Of a stretch of 64,000 bases of DNA, positions 53,001-64,000 are shown piece after piece (within the stretch, counting starts at the first letter, position 1; each line of letters begins with the position of its first letter). This stretch comes from Felis catus (lineage: Eukaryota), in assembly GCF_018350175.1 (NCBI RefSeq), contig NC_058373.1, positions 115,074,001 to 115,138,000 of the forward strand, given 5' to 3'. The translations under genes were made by a program, and so were the position numbers. The notes below the pieces were generated by a model. That model was not told where the DNA came from and did not search any database. It saw nothing but the letters and a program-made list of their open reading frames with translations.

Positions 53001-55864
53001 TCTACAGTGGAGAAGCCACGCGCCTACCCGCTTTGTGAAAGCTCCTCTAAAATACAAGTTGTTCAGCTGTTTATCATGTTTCTGTCGTATTTATCTGGTT
53101 TTTGGAGATAGACCTGCTTAAATGAATTCTGGTTGATGCATGGGGGTGCGGGGGACTAATGTCCCTTCAGAGTTACAGGCAGTGAGGCACAGAGAGATCT
53201 GATGACTTGTCCTAGGGCTGTACGTGGACTTAGCCAGGGTGGTGCCTGGAAACTTTGGAGGACATTCTCCAAGACAGAAGAGAGCCAAGCTCCGGGTTTA
53301 TCTCAGGCCTGATCACGAACCTGCAGGAGCAGCTTCCGAGCACTGGGGAGAGAGGAATGGCACACTGCCTTGGAGCTGTCATCGAAGATGCCACCTTTTG
53401 GGAACCATATTGTAGGCAGTCTCTGGCCTATGTGAAGTCGTGCCTGGGCCTTATCAGAAGTGAACCAGATGGTGTTTCTAGTAAAACTGGCAGCTGTTCT
53501 TGCTGTCAGAATTAATTAAACATTTTTATATGTAAATGTGGAATTATGGGAATCTTTCTTTTGGGGTTTTAGTCGCATGTGGAAGTGCTGCCTTTACCTT
53601 ACAGAGGCCTTTACTCATCCCTTGCTTCTGGTCAGAAGTGACCCTCAGCTTTATGTCTTCCTATCCCCTCTGGTTACTTTCTTCACCAAATGGGCCATTT
53701 GTGATGATGGTGGTGAGGGGCGGATAATAAGGTAGCCAGTCCTCTCTAGTGTAATTTGAAGGTTGCTGATGGGACCTTGTGCCCAGAATGTACCTGTTAC
53801 ATAGATAACATTGGTGGCTAAAGTATTCATAATTTGAGTGACTTCTTTGGGTTAAGACATTTGGATGTAGCACACATGATACCTAGGAACAGTGACAGTC
53901 AGTCACGGAAGCCAGAGAAGTTTTTCTTTCCTTTTTTTTTTTTTTTTCGGAAAAGAAAGAAGAAAAAGGTGGAGAGTGGGACGAGGCAGAAAAATGTGGA
54001 GAGCGCGTGCTCTGTGCCAGGCACCGTGCTAGGTTCTGTATTTTTGTGGGTTTGTCTTCACTTTCTAGATCAAAAAACTAAGCTCTAAAAAGTTAAGTAC
54101 TGTAACTTACTCTGTTGGAGCAAGAACCAAAGGCGGGGTGATTCCAGAGCCTGTGTTATTCAGGGCAGATAAAGTAGATGTGGGTTAGGAAGCTGGAGGG
54201 GAGGACAAGGTGGTGAGGGAGACAGAACAAAAGCCTGGAGAGAGGAGGTCAGTCGGGGCCAGGTGGGAGCTGCAGCGCAGGGACTTAGCAAGAGAGGATG
54301 GCCCTGGGTGACGGTCTGGGAGGGAGAGGCTGGTGAGCAAAAATAACCCAAAGTGGAACAAATAAAAGTTGGGGTATCACTTGGAGGGGGTTATACTGTT
54401 GGATGATGGTGGCTTTTCCCTCAGGGAAGCTCTGGAGTCTGTTGGGGGTATGGAAGACCAGATAGTGTCTGTATTTAGGCAGGGGGCACTTGGCCGCACA
54501 GGAAGCCTTTTAATCCCTGGTATTTATAGACTGGCCTGTACTCTAGTGAAAGACAACTCCCATTTCAGTTATGGAAGGCAGCATTGTCTGCCTTTGAGAT
54601 GCCGCATTTATGGATCCCCATTTGACCCAGCAGGAGGGGCGTGGTGATATGCCCCTTATATTATCCTGGCTCCCTCCTTCCTCAGAGGCTGAGCAGGGAC
54701 ACTTCTGTCATTTACCTCTAAGTGACCTCTGGCTGCTCCCTCTTCTGCAGATGCTTCTACTCCTCTTGAAGATGAGTTGGAGTCAGGACTGGGAAAGGTG
54801 GCCCTCTTGTCTCTCTCTTCAGGGTAGCTAGGAATTCCCTAGAATAATGATTCTGATTTGTTGCCCAGCTCCTTGCCCCAAGGCTAGGGTTGCTCTGTTT
54901 ATACATACCATGGCCAAACCCTACATTCAGTCCAATTCAACACTGATTTATTGATACCTGCTAGTATGTATGGGGTGGAATACAAAGGTGACTGAGATAG
55001 GTCTCCAGTCATGAGGGGGATAGTGAGTAACCAACTCCCGTGGTCAGGCTAGTTCCTCTTCCTTATCGCGGGAAATGCCCATACATTTTCGGTCTTGTCT
55101 AACTTAAGTCATTATTGTGAGGACTGATTGTAGTAATAATGAATTGAGACTGCCTTGGAAAGTATAAAGCTCCAGATTCGTGTAAAACCTTCTTAATATT
55201 ATAAGGTAGACTCATAATAAAAGATAACACGTATCAAGTGCTTTCTACATGTCAGGCACTGTTCTAGGTGCTTTATTTGTATTAGCTTATCTAATCTTCA
55301 CAGCAGCTCTGAAGTAGGTTGCTTATACCCATTTAACAGTTGTAAGAATTAATGCCAAATTGGATAAATACAACAACAACAACGTTTCTAGGATGGCATG
55401 GCTGGTAAGTGGCAGAGCCAGTTAATCTGAACTATAAACTGCACTGTGTGGCCTCTGTTAAGACCCTGTGGAAATCTGGGAAGAGAGGAGTCCCACCCCA
55501 AGGGAGGCAGCAGCCAGGACTTACCCTCAGAGACTAGAAAGGAGCAGGGAAAGGTCAGCCTGGTGCCCAAGAAAGCATTAGGATTTCTACACAACTTAAT
55601 TAAATTACTGAAACTGTTTCTGAACTTGGAGCCATGTTTCTTGTATAGTAATGCAATATTCAAGATAATTTAAGCCAAGGAGGAAGGACAAAATTGGTGA
55701 GTGAGTTTACATATGCTCATGGGCACTTACTGACAGACTAAATAAAACACAGAGAGGCAAACCTTAAAGTGAATACATCTTTATTCAATTTACAAATGAG
55801 GGCAAAGACTCAGGCAGCATGTTTGCTGCTTTGCGTTGGGACTTCTGAAGAACACACTTTATTA

Positions 55865-56090
55865 TTTTTTTTTTTAATATATTTTTTTAACGTCTATTTA
55901 TTTTTGAGACAGAGAGAGACAGAGCATGAAGGGGGAGGGGCAGAGAGTGAGGGAGACACAGAATCCGAAACAGGCTCCAGGCTCTGAGCTGTCAGCACAG
56001 AGCCCGACGCAAGGCTCGAACTCACGGACCGTGAGATGATGACCCGAGCCGAAGTCGGCCACCCAACCGACTGAGCCACCCAGGCGCCCC
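55865..56090 (-). mobile_element. CanSINE
   Basis: TSD aagaacacactt. Confidence 0.92.
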
Positions 56091-56806
56091 CTAAAGAACA
56101 CACTTAAAAAAAAAAAAAAAAAAAGAATTCTTCCCCTCAGCCTTTCTCTGTTGAAGTTTCTATTCAGGGTATCAGAGTCTGACCACTAATATGCAGTGTA
56201 TCCATCTTTAGCAGTTATTTTCCAGAGAAATCCAGCTCATTTTTTGAGGCATCCTCTAGCCAGGTTATCTCAGATGTGGAAGATGGGGAGCAAACATACA
56301 CACATCGTGGGGAGGGCAACCTCTCCGTTAGATGTATGTCTGTAAAGAGAGCTTTGGGAGTTAATGTCTCTAAATTCCTGTTTCAGTCCACTCCACTCTT
56401 TGAATAGCTCTTTTAACATGCCGTGCCTGTCTCGTTAGCAGTTCAGGGGAATTAGCCATCAACATCTAATGACCTAGTTCCCAAATTTCCAGCAGGTTCA
56501 GAAGTTTCTAGAATGCCCCAAAGGAATGTTTCTCAAAGTGTGCTTATACCTTATACCTTATACCTTGGGGTCAGTTCCCTTGTGGGTGTGGTCCTGGCGT
56601 TCACACAGAAAACGCTCCCCTCTGCTCAGGTTCTGAAGCAGAGCTGCAAGCCAAGTCCAAGCCCATCTCCAGAGGGTATGCAGCTGCAAGTAGCAGTATG
56701 GACAGTCTTCAAGGCTTCCTGTTTTCTTCTTACAATGAATGAGAATTTTGCCTCCTATTCCACAATATATCCAGGATTATTTTAATATTTAAAATGAGTT
56801 ACACTA

Positions 56807-56934
56807 GGGGTGTGTGGGTGGCTCAATCAGTTAAGCATCTGACTCTTGATTTCGGCTCAGGTCATGATTCTCAGGGTGATGGGATTCTTCACCACTCCCC
56901 CATCCCCCGCCTCCACTGCTCTCGCCCTCGCTCT

Positions 56935-56980
<46 letters not shown>
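56807..56980 (+). mobile_element. Degenerate CanSINE ending in a (CA)21 microsatellite (56939-56980)
   Basis: SINE head followed by (CA)n in place of the A tail. Confidence 0.85.
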
Positions 56981-56984
<4 letters not shown>

Positions 56985-57039
56985 ACATGGAATAAATTTG
57001 AACCTTTATCAAGATTGTGTGCTGTGAGGTGAGACTGCT

Positions 57040-57240
57040 TAGTTTGTAATCTTGGTGTCATGAGTTGCTAACTCTATGACCTTGGGCAAGTTATTTAACT
57101 TCTCTGTGTCTTGTCTAAAAATGGAGATAATACCTACCTTTTAAGGTTGTTATGAGGATTATATCAAATATTAGAAAATGCTTGGATCCATGCACAATGA
57201 TTAAGCAGTCAAGTGCCAGTTAATGATGCTATTATTACTG
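57040..57240. mobile_element. MIR SINE
   Basis: tgaccttgggcaagttatttaacttctctgtg...aaaatggagataatacctacc core. Confidence 0.8.
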
Positions 57241-60200
57241 TCCTGAAGGTCTGTGTCCCTGGGAGTATGACATATGACAAACATCCCTCTCTCCATTGAC
57301 ACAGCCAGGCTATAGGCTTATAAAAAGGCCTTTTGCCACCTATAGGAACCCTAAACAGAGCACTGGGGAAATGCTTTGTCATAACAGATATTCTCAGGTC
57401 ACACTCAGTTTTATTTTAGTTGTTTGAGGTCGCTGTGTGAAGCATGACTATGCTCAAGCAGTCAGAATCTATCACTGGTGGGAGGGAAGTGCTTGTTTAG
57501 AAAATGTCAGAGAATCCACCAAGTTCCTTTGGCTGATAAATGTTCTTCAGTCTGTACTCTTTTTTCTTGTTTAATAGTTAGGAAAGAGGGCTAAGTTGTA
57601 CTTTTCCTTTATAAAGTACACATCTCAAAATTTGAAAAATCTCAAGTCATACTTGTTTCTTGAGGAAAGTTCAGGATGTACAGGTTACTAGCAGTCACGG
57701 AAGGAGAAAAGCACCTGTGATTTCCCTTCCAGCCGTCACCACTGTTCACCTCTTACTGTGCTCCTTCCTTCTGTCTAGGATGGTCAGGGATGGCAGAGTG
57801 GTTGGCAGGGTCTTGGAGAGAAGGACCACATTTCTGGCAGCCAGGGTGGCCCTCCTGTGGCTCAGCCTTACAGTGGGCAGTCCCACTTTGGGACAAGCAC
57901 TTGGCAACACCCTTGTCCCCAAGTGCCCTCTCCTCTTCAGAGAGGTTATGTTGAAGGCCAGCTACTTCTTTCCAGTGATGCTGCATGTTCAAGCACTTTT
58001 GGCCTGGCTTATGTTGATCCTGCTCTCCTGATTTTGTGCTCATTTTCCACATAGCCAGGTGGTGAGGGTTCTTGGGCCTCTTCTGTCTTTTCTCATGGTA
58101 CTGGCTCTCAGGGTTGATGCTTCTCTGTCTCATCCCTCCTTTGCACTAAATGCACCTAGGGGATTCTGCCACAGAGGAGAACTCATGGGGTGAGGAGAAC
58201 ACTGTCTCAAGGCTTTTTAAATGTAATGCTTCCTCCCCCTTTTTTTCCTCTGCCCAGAATAAAAGCTGCCAGTAAAATTTTAGTGCAGGACTATTGAGAT
58301 ATATTTATCACTGTTGTGATGGTCAAAAGAATTGTCAACTCTTCTCCTTATCGATCCCCTTCACTCCTTGCAAATGGGAATTACAGGAAATCACAACCAG
58401 CTTAAACGACCGTGGGCAGATGGGAAGGATGGAATGTGTAACCCCCATTCCCAGAAACAGGAAGAATGGCTGAGCTGATTGACCTCAGCGTTTGGCAGTC
58501 AGGGGAGCGAAAGCATGGCCTGAAATAATGTCACCATCTGGGAATTGAAACCCAAGTCTTCCTGCTCTCTGACTTCTTTGTCATCATGACTCCCCTCTCC
58601 GAGCCCCTCCTTTCTGGTCAGTAGACAGGCCCTGCCAGTTCTTTCTTCAGTAGGTTTCTGTCACCACCACACTGGCCAGACATCACCCTGTCTAGCCTCT
58701 TAGGCTGCTTTAGTCTCTCTTGCCAGGTTCATCTCCCATGAACGTTGTTCTCACCTCAAGTGTGATTAGGTAGGAGAAAGAAGCCTGATGTGTGTGGGAG
58801 GTAGTATTACCATCCTTTTCCATGGTGGCAGTGCCCTTTGGCACTAAGTATTCTGGTGCCTTTCACATAGTAGGCCTTTAGTAAACGTTTAATTGGCTTA
58901 GGTCATGTTTCTTGCTCAAGAACGTTCATTGGCTCCCACTACCTACTCATCCAAAGCAGAAGTTTCTCTTTTTCATGGCTGTACAGACTGTTTTCACTGT
59001 AAGTATTCAACTGAATGCTTAATACTGTGGAATAACCAGAGTCTGCGAGGTGATAGATACTAGAGAAACCATAAGAATTGTCCCGTGTCCTGGAGGACCT
59101 CAGATGGAATTTTTTTTTTCTGTTTTTCCCTGATTCTTGGCCTCTCTCCCCCTCCTTTCCCCACCTCCTCCACCCCCCAGTGTATCATGGTTACTTCAGC
59201 CTTCCAGCCCCAGCAGTTTCCTTTTTCTTTCTCTATATTTATTCAGCTTTCTAAGTTTTCAGGTCAGATCTCCCTTCCTTCCTTTTAAAGGTCCTCTTTG
59301 ATGGTCTTGGTTCAGATCCTTTCTGATTTTTGTTTGCTTTCATTATTTTGTCCTTAATTTACCAGAAGTGGCTGCTTGTTCTTTCTTATTTTCTAAATAT
59401 TCATGCCTCATGATTTAGTATTCTGTTGCACCCACATAGAGTAATGCAATAGATACTCCTGCCTTATTGTGTACCTTAATTGTTTGCTGTCTGAGTTTGT
59501 AGCCTCCCCAACTCCCTTGAAGGTTCCAAGTGGGCTGGGGCCTGTGCCTTCTGTGCATGTTACAAGCAAAATATAGAGGACTGTCAGGAAATGATGCTAC
59601 ATGGGGTAGACAGAGGTGACCCATTAGAAGTGAGAGGTGATCTCACAATGTTTTGAGAGTGTGGTTCCTAGCAGAATTCTGGATGGCCTGGAGCAGAGCA
59701 GGGACTGGAGGCCCAAAGACCATCGAGGAGTAGTTCTAGGGTTCTAAGACCTGAGAGAAAATGGCAAAGGCAGAAAGGTCAGGCTTGTCCCCCAAGAGTT
59801 TGTCTCATTCTGAGATTCTCTTGAAATCCTGGTTCACTTGGAAAATGTGTTCATACTAGAAGGCCACCAGGGTTCTTGGGGAATTCTGAGGCCAGATGCC
59901 TGTGTGGTGAATCTTCCCAAAAGGAGGGTAAAAGATGCCGGGCCACAGGGAAGCTTATGGCTTAAGGAAACAGATAATGAGGGGCAACAATGAACAAACC
60001 TGTTGGACTCAGCGTTTGATTTATTTGTGGTTAACGGGATTTGTATTGATTTCTCTGGGAAATTTGGGGATATGAATGCATTCTGCAAATATACATATTT
60101 TGTCACTGGTGGGGCTTACAGGGTTATGTTGCATTTTTTCTGCTAATATTCGAATCTTGTGTGAAATTGAAAGCAGTGTCTTCCTTTTCCAATTTGGGCA

Positions 60201-60771
60201 GAATTGTAAGCATAGTGCTGACCCCCTCCTCAATCCCCAGTTTATTTCTCAGACCCACCCAGGACTGTGAAATAGGTTAGTAAATAACATCTGTGGACTG
60301 GGACCAGTTTTAGCTAGCTGAATTCCCTGTAATCCAGCTTAAGTCTACAGGGTACATCTAAACTTACTGGAATTCTAGGTAGGAAGTGCGGTTGCAAAGG
60401 CAAAGCCATTTAATTGTAGCTTATATGAAAATAAAACCAGCTTGAATTTTCTTCTCACAAACTTTCTCTGAAACACCTCTTTAGATCTTTTATTTTTGGC
60501 AAATGGGCTTCGAGGTGGCAGCCTCATTACTGTTGTGATGGAGGGGTATAATAAGTCAGTGGGCAATTTCCCAGAATTCTGAGCCTTTGAAAACTGCTAT
60601 TCTTTTTGGAAGGTAAAAAGTACAGAAGCCGGGCTGCCTGTCTCCGATTTATTCCCTCTTCCCATTCTGTTCTCAGCTAGTAAATACGTGGTCTCAGTCT
60701 GCGTAAAAACATAATGGCTTAAATTTGCTTAAATTTCTGTAGCAGTTTGGTAATGAAATTTAGCCCTTTGA

Positions 60772-60813
60772 TGGTGGTGGTGGTGGTGGTGGTGGTGGTG
60801 GTGGTGGTGGTGG
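60772..60813. repeat. (TGG)14 microsatellite
   Basis: Direct reading. Confidence 0.97.
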
Positions 60814-62098
60814 TGATAGGCATTCAGTAGCAGGTACACTGATTGTGTTGTGAGCTGGTTCTTTCCAAGTCTCCTGGGAAGAAAATCACTAACTTACTTT
60901 ATATGCGAAGGTCTTGGTGTTGAGTAGAGGAGGAAACAGCCTTGGGGTATAGAGAAATCATCTGCCCGAAGTTTATATTTTAGAGAAGTACTTCGAATGA
61001 AGTTATATGTTTTCTGTTTGGATTGGGTGTATTGTTTCTTTTGAGAATGCTTTTTACAATAGTATAATGGTTCCTCTGGAACTCATAGCAGGATTCTTTT
61101 TCTACCCTCTCCTGTATTTACAGCTGCTTTTTCCCTAGGGGAGTATTCATCTGTTTTAAAAAGCAGAGAGAGAAAACAAGAAGTTCTCTCAGTGATGTTT
61201 GGAAACGAACTGCATTTGTCTTTCAGGAAGGCAAGTTCTTAAGAGTTGCTGTTTGAGTGGACAAAAAGGAAGTCTGGCTACAGACACCCCAAAACACACA
61301 CGCCCCCCTGCCCCCCTCCACCCAGAGGTTCCTTGTAGCAGATATGAAAGAGTTTAGGACATGAGGTGCCCATTACGGTCCCTTTGTTGTACTAGACCAA
61401 ACATTTCTTTTCAGCTCCTGAGAAAGTCAGTTTTTCTGGCAGCCCACATCCTTGCCCTGAATATCCGTGTCTGGGGTCCTGGGCTGGCACTGCCACTCAA
61501 GGCCAGGATCGTACTTGGGTGTGGGTTCAGAGGCAGCATCCAAGGACATTTGGAACAGGAAAGAGATCTGATCATTAGGATGTTTTCATTGTACTGATGT
61601 TTCAAGGCCTTGGAGGTGAGGTTTGCCAGGGTCTAGATGAGGTTAGTAAATGGGCATAACTCTAGTGCCGCTTAGCCTCTTTCCACACTTTTCACCAGCT
61701 AGCTGGTCCTTGGCATGCATCTTTGTTTTGTTAGAAGAGGAGGAATTCTACTTTGCAGTTGAATAACTGTGCCTTCTATTCAAATTCTATGGAGGGTTAC
61801 ACTCGAAAAGCTAATAAGTACTTCCACTCTGCACATACTGATCCATCGTGGGTGGGTGGCAGGCTGGAGGCTGGGGGACCTTCATAGAACAAGTGTTATT
61901 GAAGGCAGATACTGAGGTGACACTGAGGGCAGCTGTGCCCTGAAGTTCCAGTGACTTGGCCTCCTGGCTGATGACCTATCCACCACAGCTAGGCCAACGG
62001 GGAGGTCTTCAGATTCCCTGAAATGACTACTACTCACAGCTCATTTAGTGTGACCAGCCAGAGGGATGAGCTTCCTCTGGGAAAGGGTAGGAGAGTCC

Positions 62099-62325
62099 TT
62101 TTTTTTTTTTTTTTTTTTTAAGTTTATTTATTTACTTTGAGAGAGAAAGAGCACATGCACAAGCAGGGAAGGGGCAGAGAGAGAGGGAGAGAAAGAATCC
62201 CAAGCAGGCTCTGCACTGCCACTTCAGAGCCCAGTTTTGGGGGCTTGAACCCACAAACTGTGCGATCATGACTTGAGCAGAAATCAAGAGTTGGATGCTT
62301 AATCAACTGACCCATCCAGGAGCCC
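62099..62325 (-). mobile_element. CanSINE
   Basis: TSD gggtaggagagtc(c/t)tt. Confidence 0.9.
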
Positions 62326-63047
62326 TGGGTAGGAGAGTCTTTGTTAAGCTTGCCTGGTTTGGCAGTCACTCAGACTCACCTCCTGTTTCTGTGTTGGCCA
62401 ATAGTCTCCTCCAATTTTCCAAACAACTCTTCTTCATTTCCAAAGGGGGGCCCATTTTTGCTAACAACCACCCCCCTAAAAAAAACCCACCCAAAACTAC
62501 AACTTACCTTGATTGTTACTATGTGTGCCTTCTCTGCCTGTTTTCCGGCAGAGGCAGGCAGCCACTCTTGTTTTCTCTTGAGGTGCTCCTGCCACATTGG
62601 AGTTCCTGGAAGCTGATGCTGCTGAACTTCCTCATTGGGCAGAGGCTAGGATGTGAGCCGAGTCCCGAGTGCTCTGAATGGACAGAGCACACAGAGTGGG
62701 GAACATTGCTGGGTTGGCACTGGGTCTGTGGGAGCCCAGTGGTTGGATTCTGACTGGGGGATATTTGAGAGAACTCTGTTTAGTGAAAAGGTAGGGGAAC
62801 TGAGTTCTGGTTCAGCCACCAGCAAGCCATCTCCCCCGGGCAAGTCGTGGCCTCAGTTTCTAGGCCTCAGTTCCCCTCCTAAAATGGGTAGATTGGACTT
62901 ACAAGAGGACCCCAAGTTCCTTCAGACAATAATGTGTTAGGATCCCCAGGACCCATGAGTCTGCTCCTGGTGAGGGTGACAAGAGGCCAAAAAAGGCTGG
63001 GACAGAAAAACTTGCACTTCTCAGTTCTCTCTCTTTTTCTCCCCATG

Positions 63048-63219
63048 TTTATTTATTTATTTTGAGAGAGAGAGAGTGGGGGGAGAGAGAATCCCAGCAG
63101 GCTCTACACTGCCAGCACAGAGCCCATTGGCGGGGCTCAATCCCATGAACCGTGAGATCATGATCTGAGCTGAAAGCAAGAAAGGGACGCTTAACTGATT
63201 GAACCACCCAGGTGCCCCC
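63048..63219 (-). mobile_element. CanSINE, followed by an L2 3' fragment (~63240-63500)
   Basis: SINE body; L2 tail cagtgcctggaatgtggta...aacaaatgttgaatga. Confidence 0.85.
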
Positions 63220-64000
63220 GCCCCCCCATTCTCTTTTTGCCTCCAGGCTTTTGCACATGTTGCTCCTCTCCCTGGAATGCGCCTTCCTGCAGTCGGTGTT
63301 AGACCGCTGCTTGTCCCGATACTGGTGGGGTGCCCCTCCTCTGTGCTGCCATATCTCTCTGTGCTCAGCACTTAATCCCACTGTCTTAATGTCTTTTTCC
63401 TTGTGCTTCCTGAGGCAGAGACTGTCTACTCTCGCCACTATGCCTCAGTTGGCTGGTGCAGTGCCTGGAATGTGGTATATACCCAACAAATGTTGAATGA
63501 TAAAATGACCTCTCCTAGGCCAACACACCCAGTGCACTCAGGTGGGCTTTTCCCCACCTCACCAAGCCCTCTTTCTGGTGTTGTATGTGGATACAGGAGA
63601 ACCTTGGATAATGCTGAGAGTTGAAGTTTCATCTCACTGTAGCAAAGCATTAAGTGATGCTGCCACCCCACCCTGGGGGTGCTCTTTCTAGGTGTTGCTT
63701 TGACCTGGGATGGTTCTGGACTTTGTCCTGCTTTTCCCCATCTGCAGCCTTGAAGGAGGGGCAGGCAGCCACGTGCAGATTGCTGTCTCTGCCAGCTGCC
63801 TGGGGCTGGGCCATCTGCTGCCGGTGACAGGGGGTGGGGTGAGGGGTGCGCAGCAACCTAATCTCCTTCACTGCACTGACTACATGGCCGAGTCCAGCCC
63901 CCCCTTCTCTCTACACTCTGTCTTCTGTTCAAGCGCTCTGTTGTACTACTCTTCATCGAGGTCTTGCTTTTGTTCCAGCTGCTGCCCCCACCACTCTGCT

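Larger units (their letters stand above)
37424..64000 (+). other. SUSD6: Probable intron 1 of SUSD6, running past the window end
   Basis: No recognisable coding exon downstream of the donor; repeat-rich. Confidence 0.6.

Noticed and set aside
10624..63219. tRNA-like A/B-box heads (ggctcagtcggttaag...gttcgagcccc)
   Set aside because: All belong to tRNA-derived CanSINEs; no complete cloverleaf tRNA gene seen.

Overview
Mammalian genomic DNA, almost certainly from a cat-family carnivore, judged by about 40 tRNA-derived CanSINE/SINEC_Fc-type elements. The left end holds a complete CCDC177 gene on the minus strand: a non-coding exon 1 in a CpG island, a ~0.96-kb intron, a 700-aa CDS in one exon (2344-4446) and a ~1.7-kb 3'UTR. 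About 31 kb of repeat-rich intergenic DNA follows (SINEs, L1/L2/MIR, MaLR/ERVL LTRs, hAT fossils). A second CpG island at ~36.9-37.95 kb contains a non-coding, plus-strand first exon, which recalled mammalian synteny suggests is SUSD6 (KIAA0247/DRAGO). The rest of the window looks like that gene's first intron. I found no convincing evidence of a wholly new biological system. The best second-look items are: a candidate uORF and a splice-junction stop in the CCDC177 leader; three perfect palindromes or inverted repeats in unique intergenic DNA carrying RFX-, ETS/IRF- and STAT-type motifs; an oriented set of CTCF-like motifs; a nested hAT (Zaphod-like) fossil with a readable transposase remnant; and a tiny poly(A)-tailed retrocopy. 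Repeat family names come from memory of consensus sequences and need RepeatMasker/Dfam confirmation.
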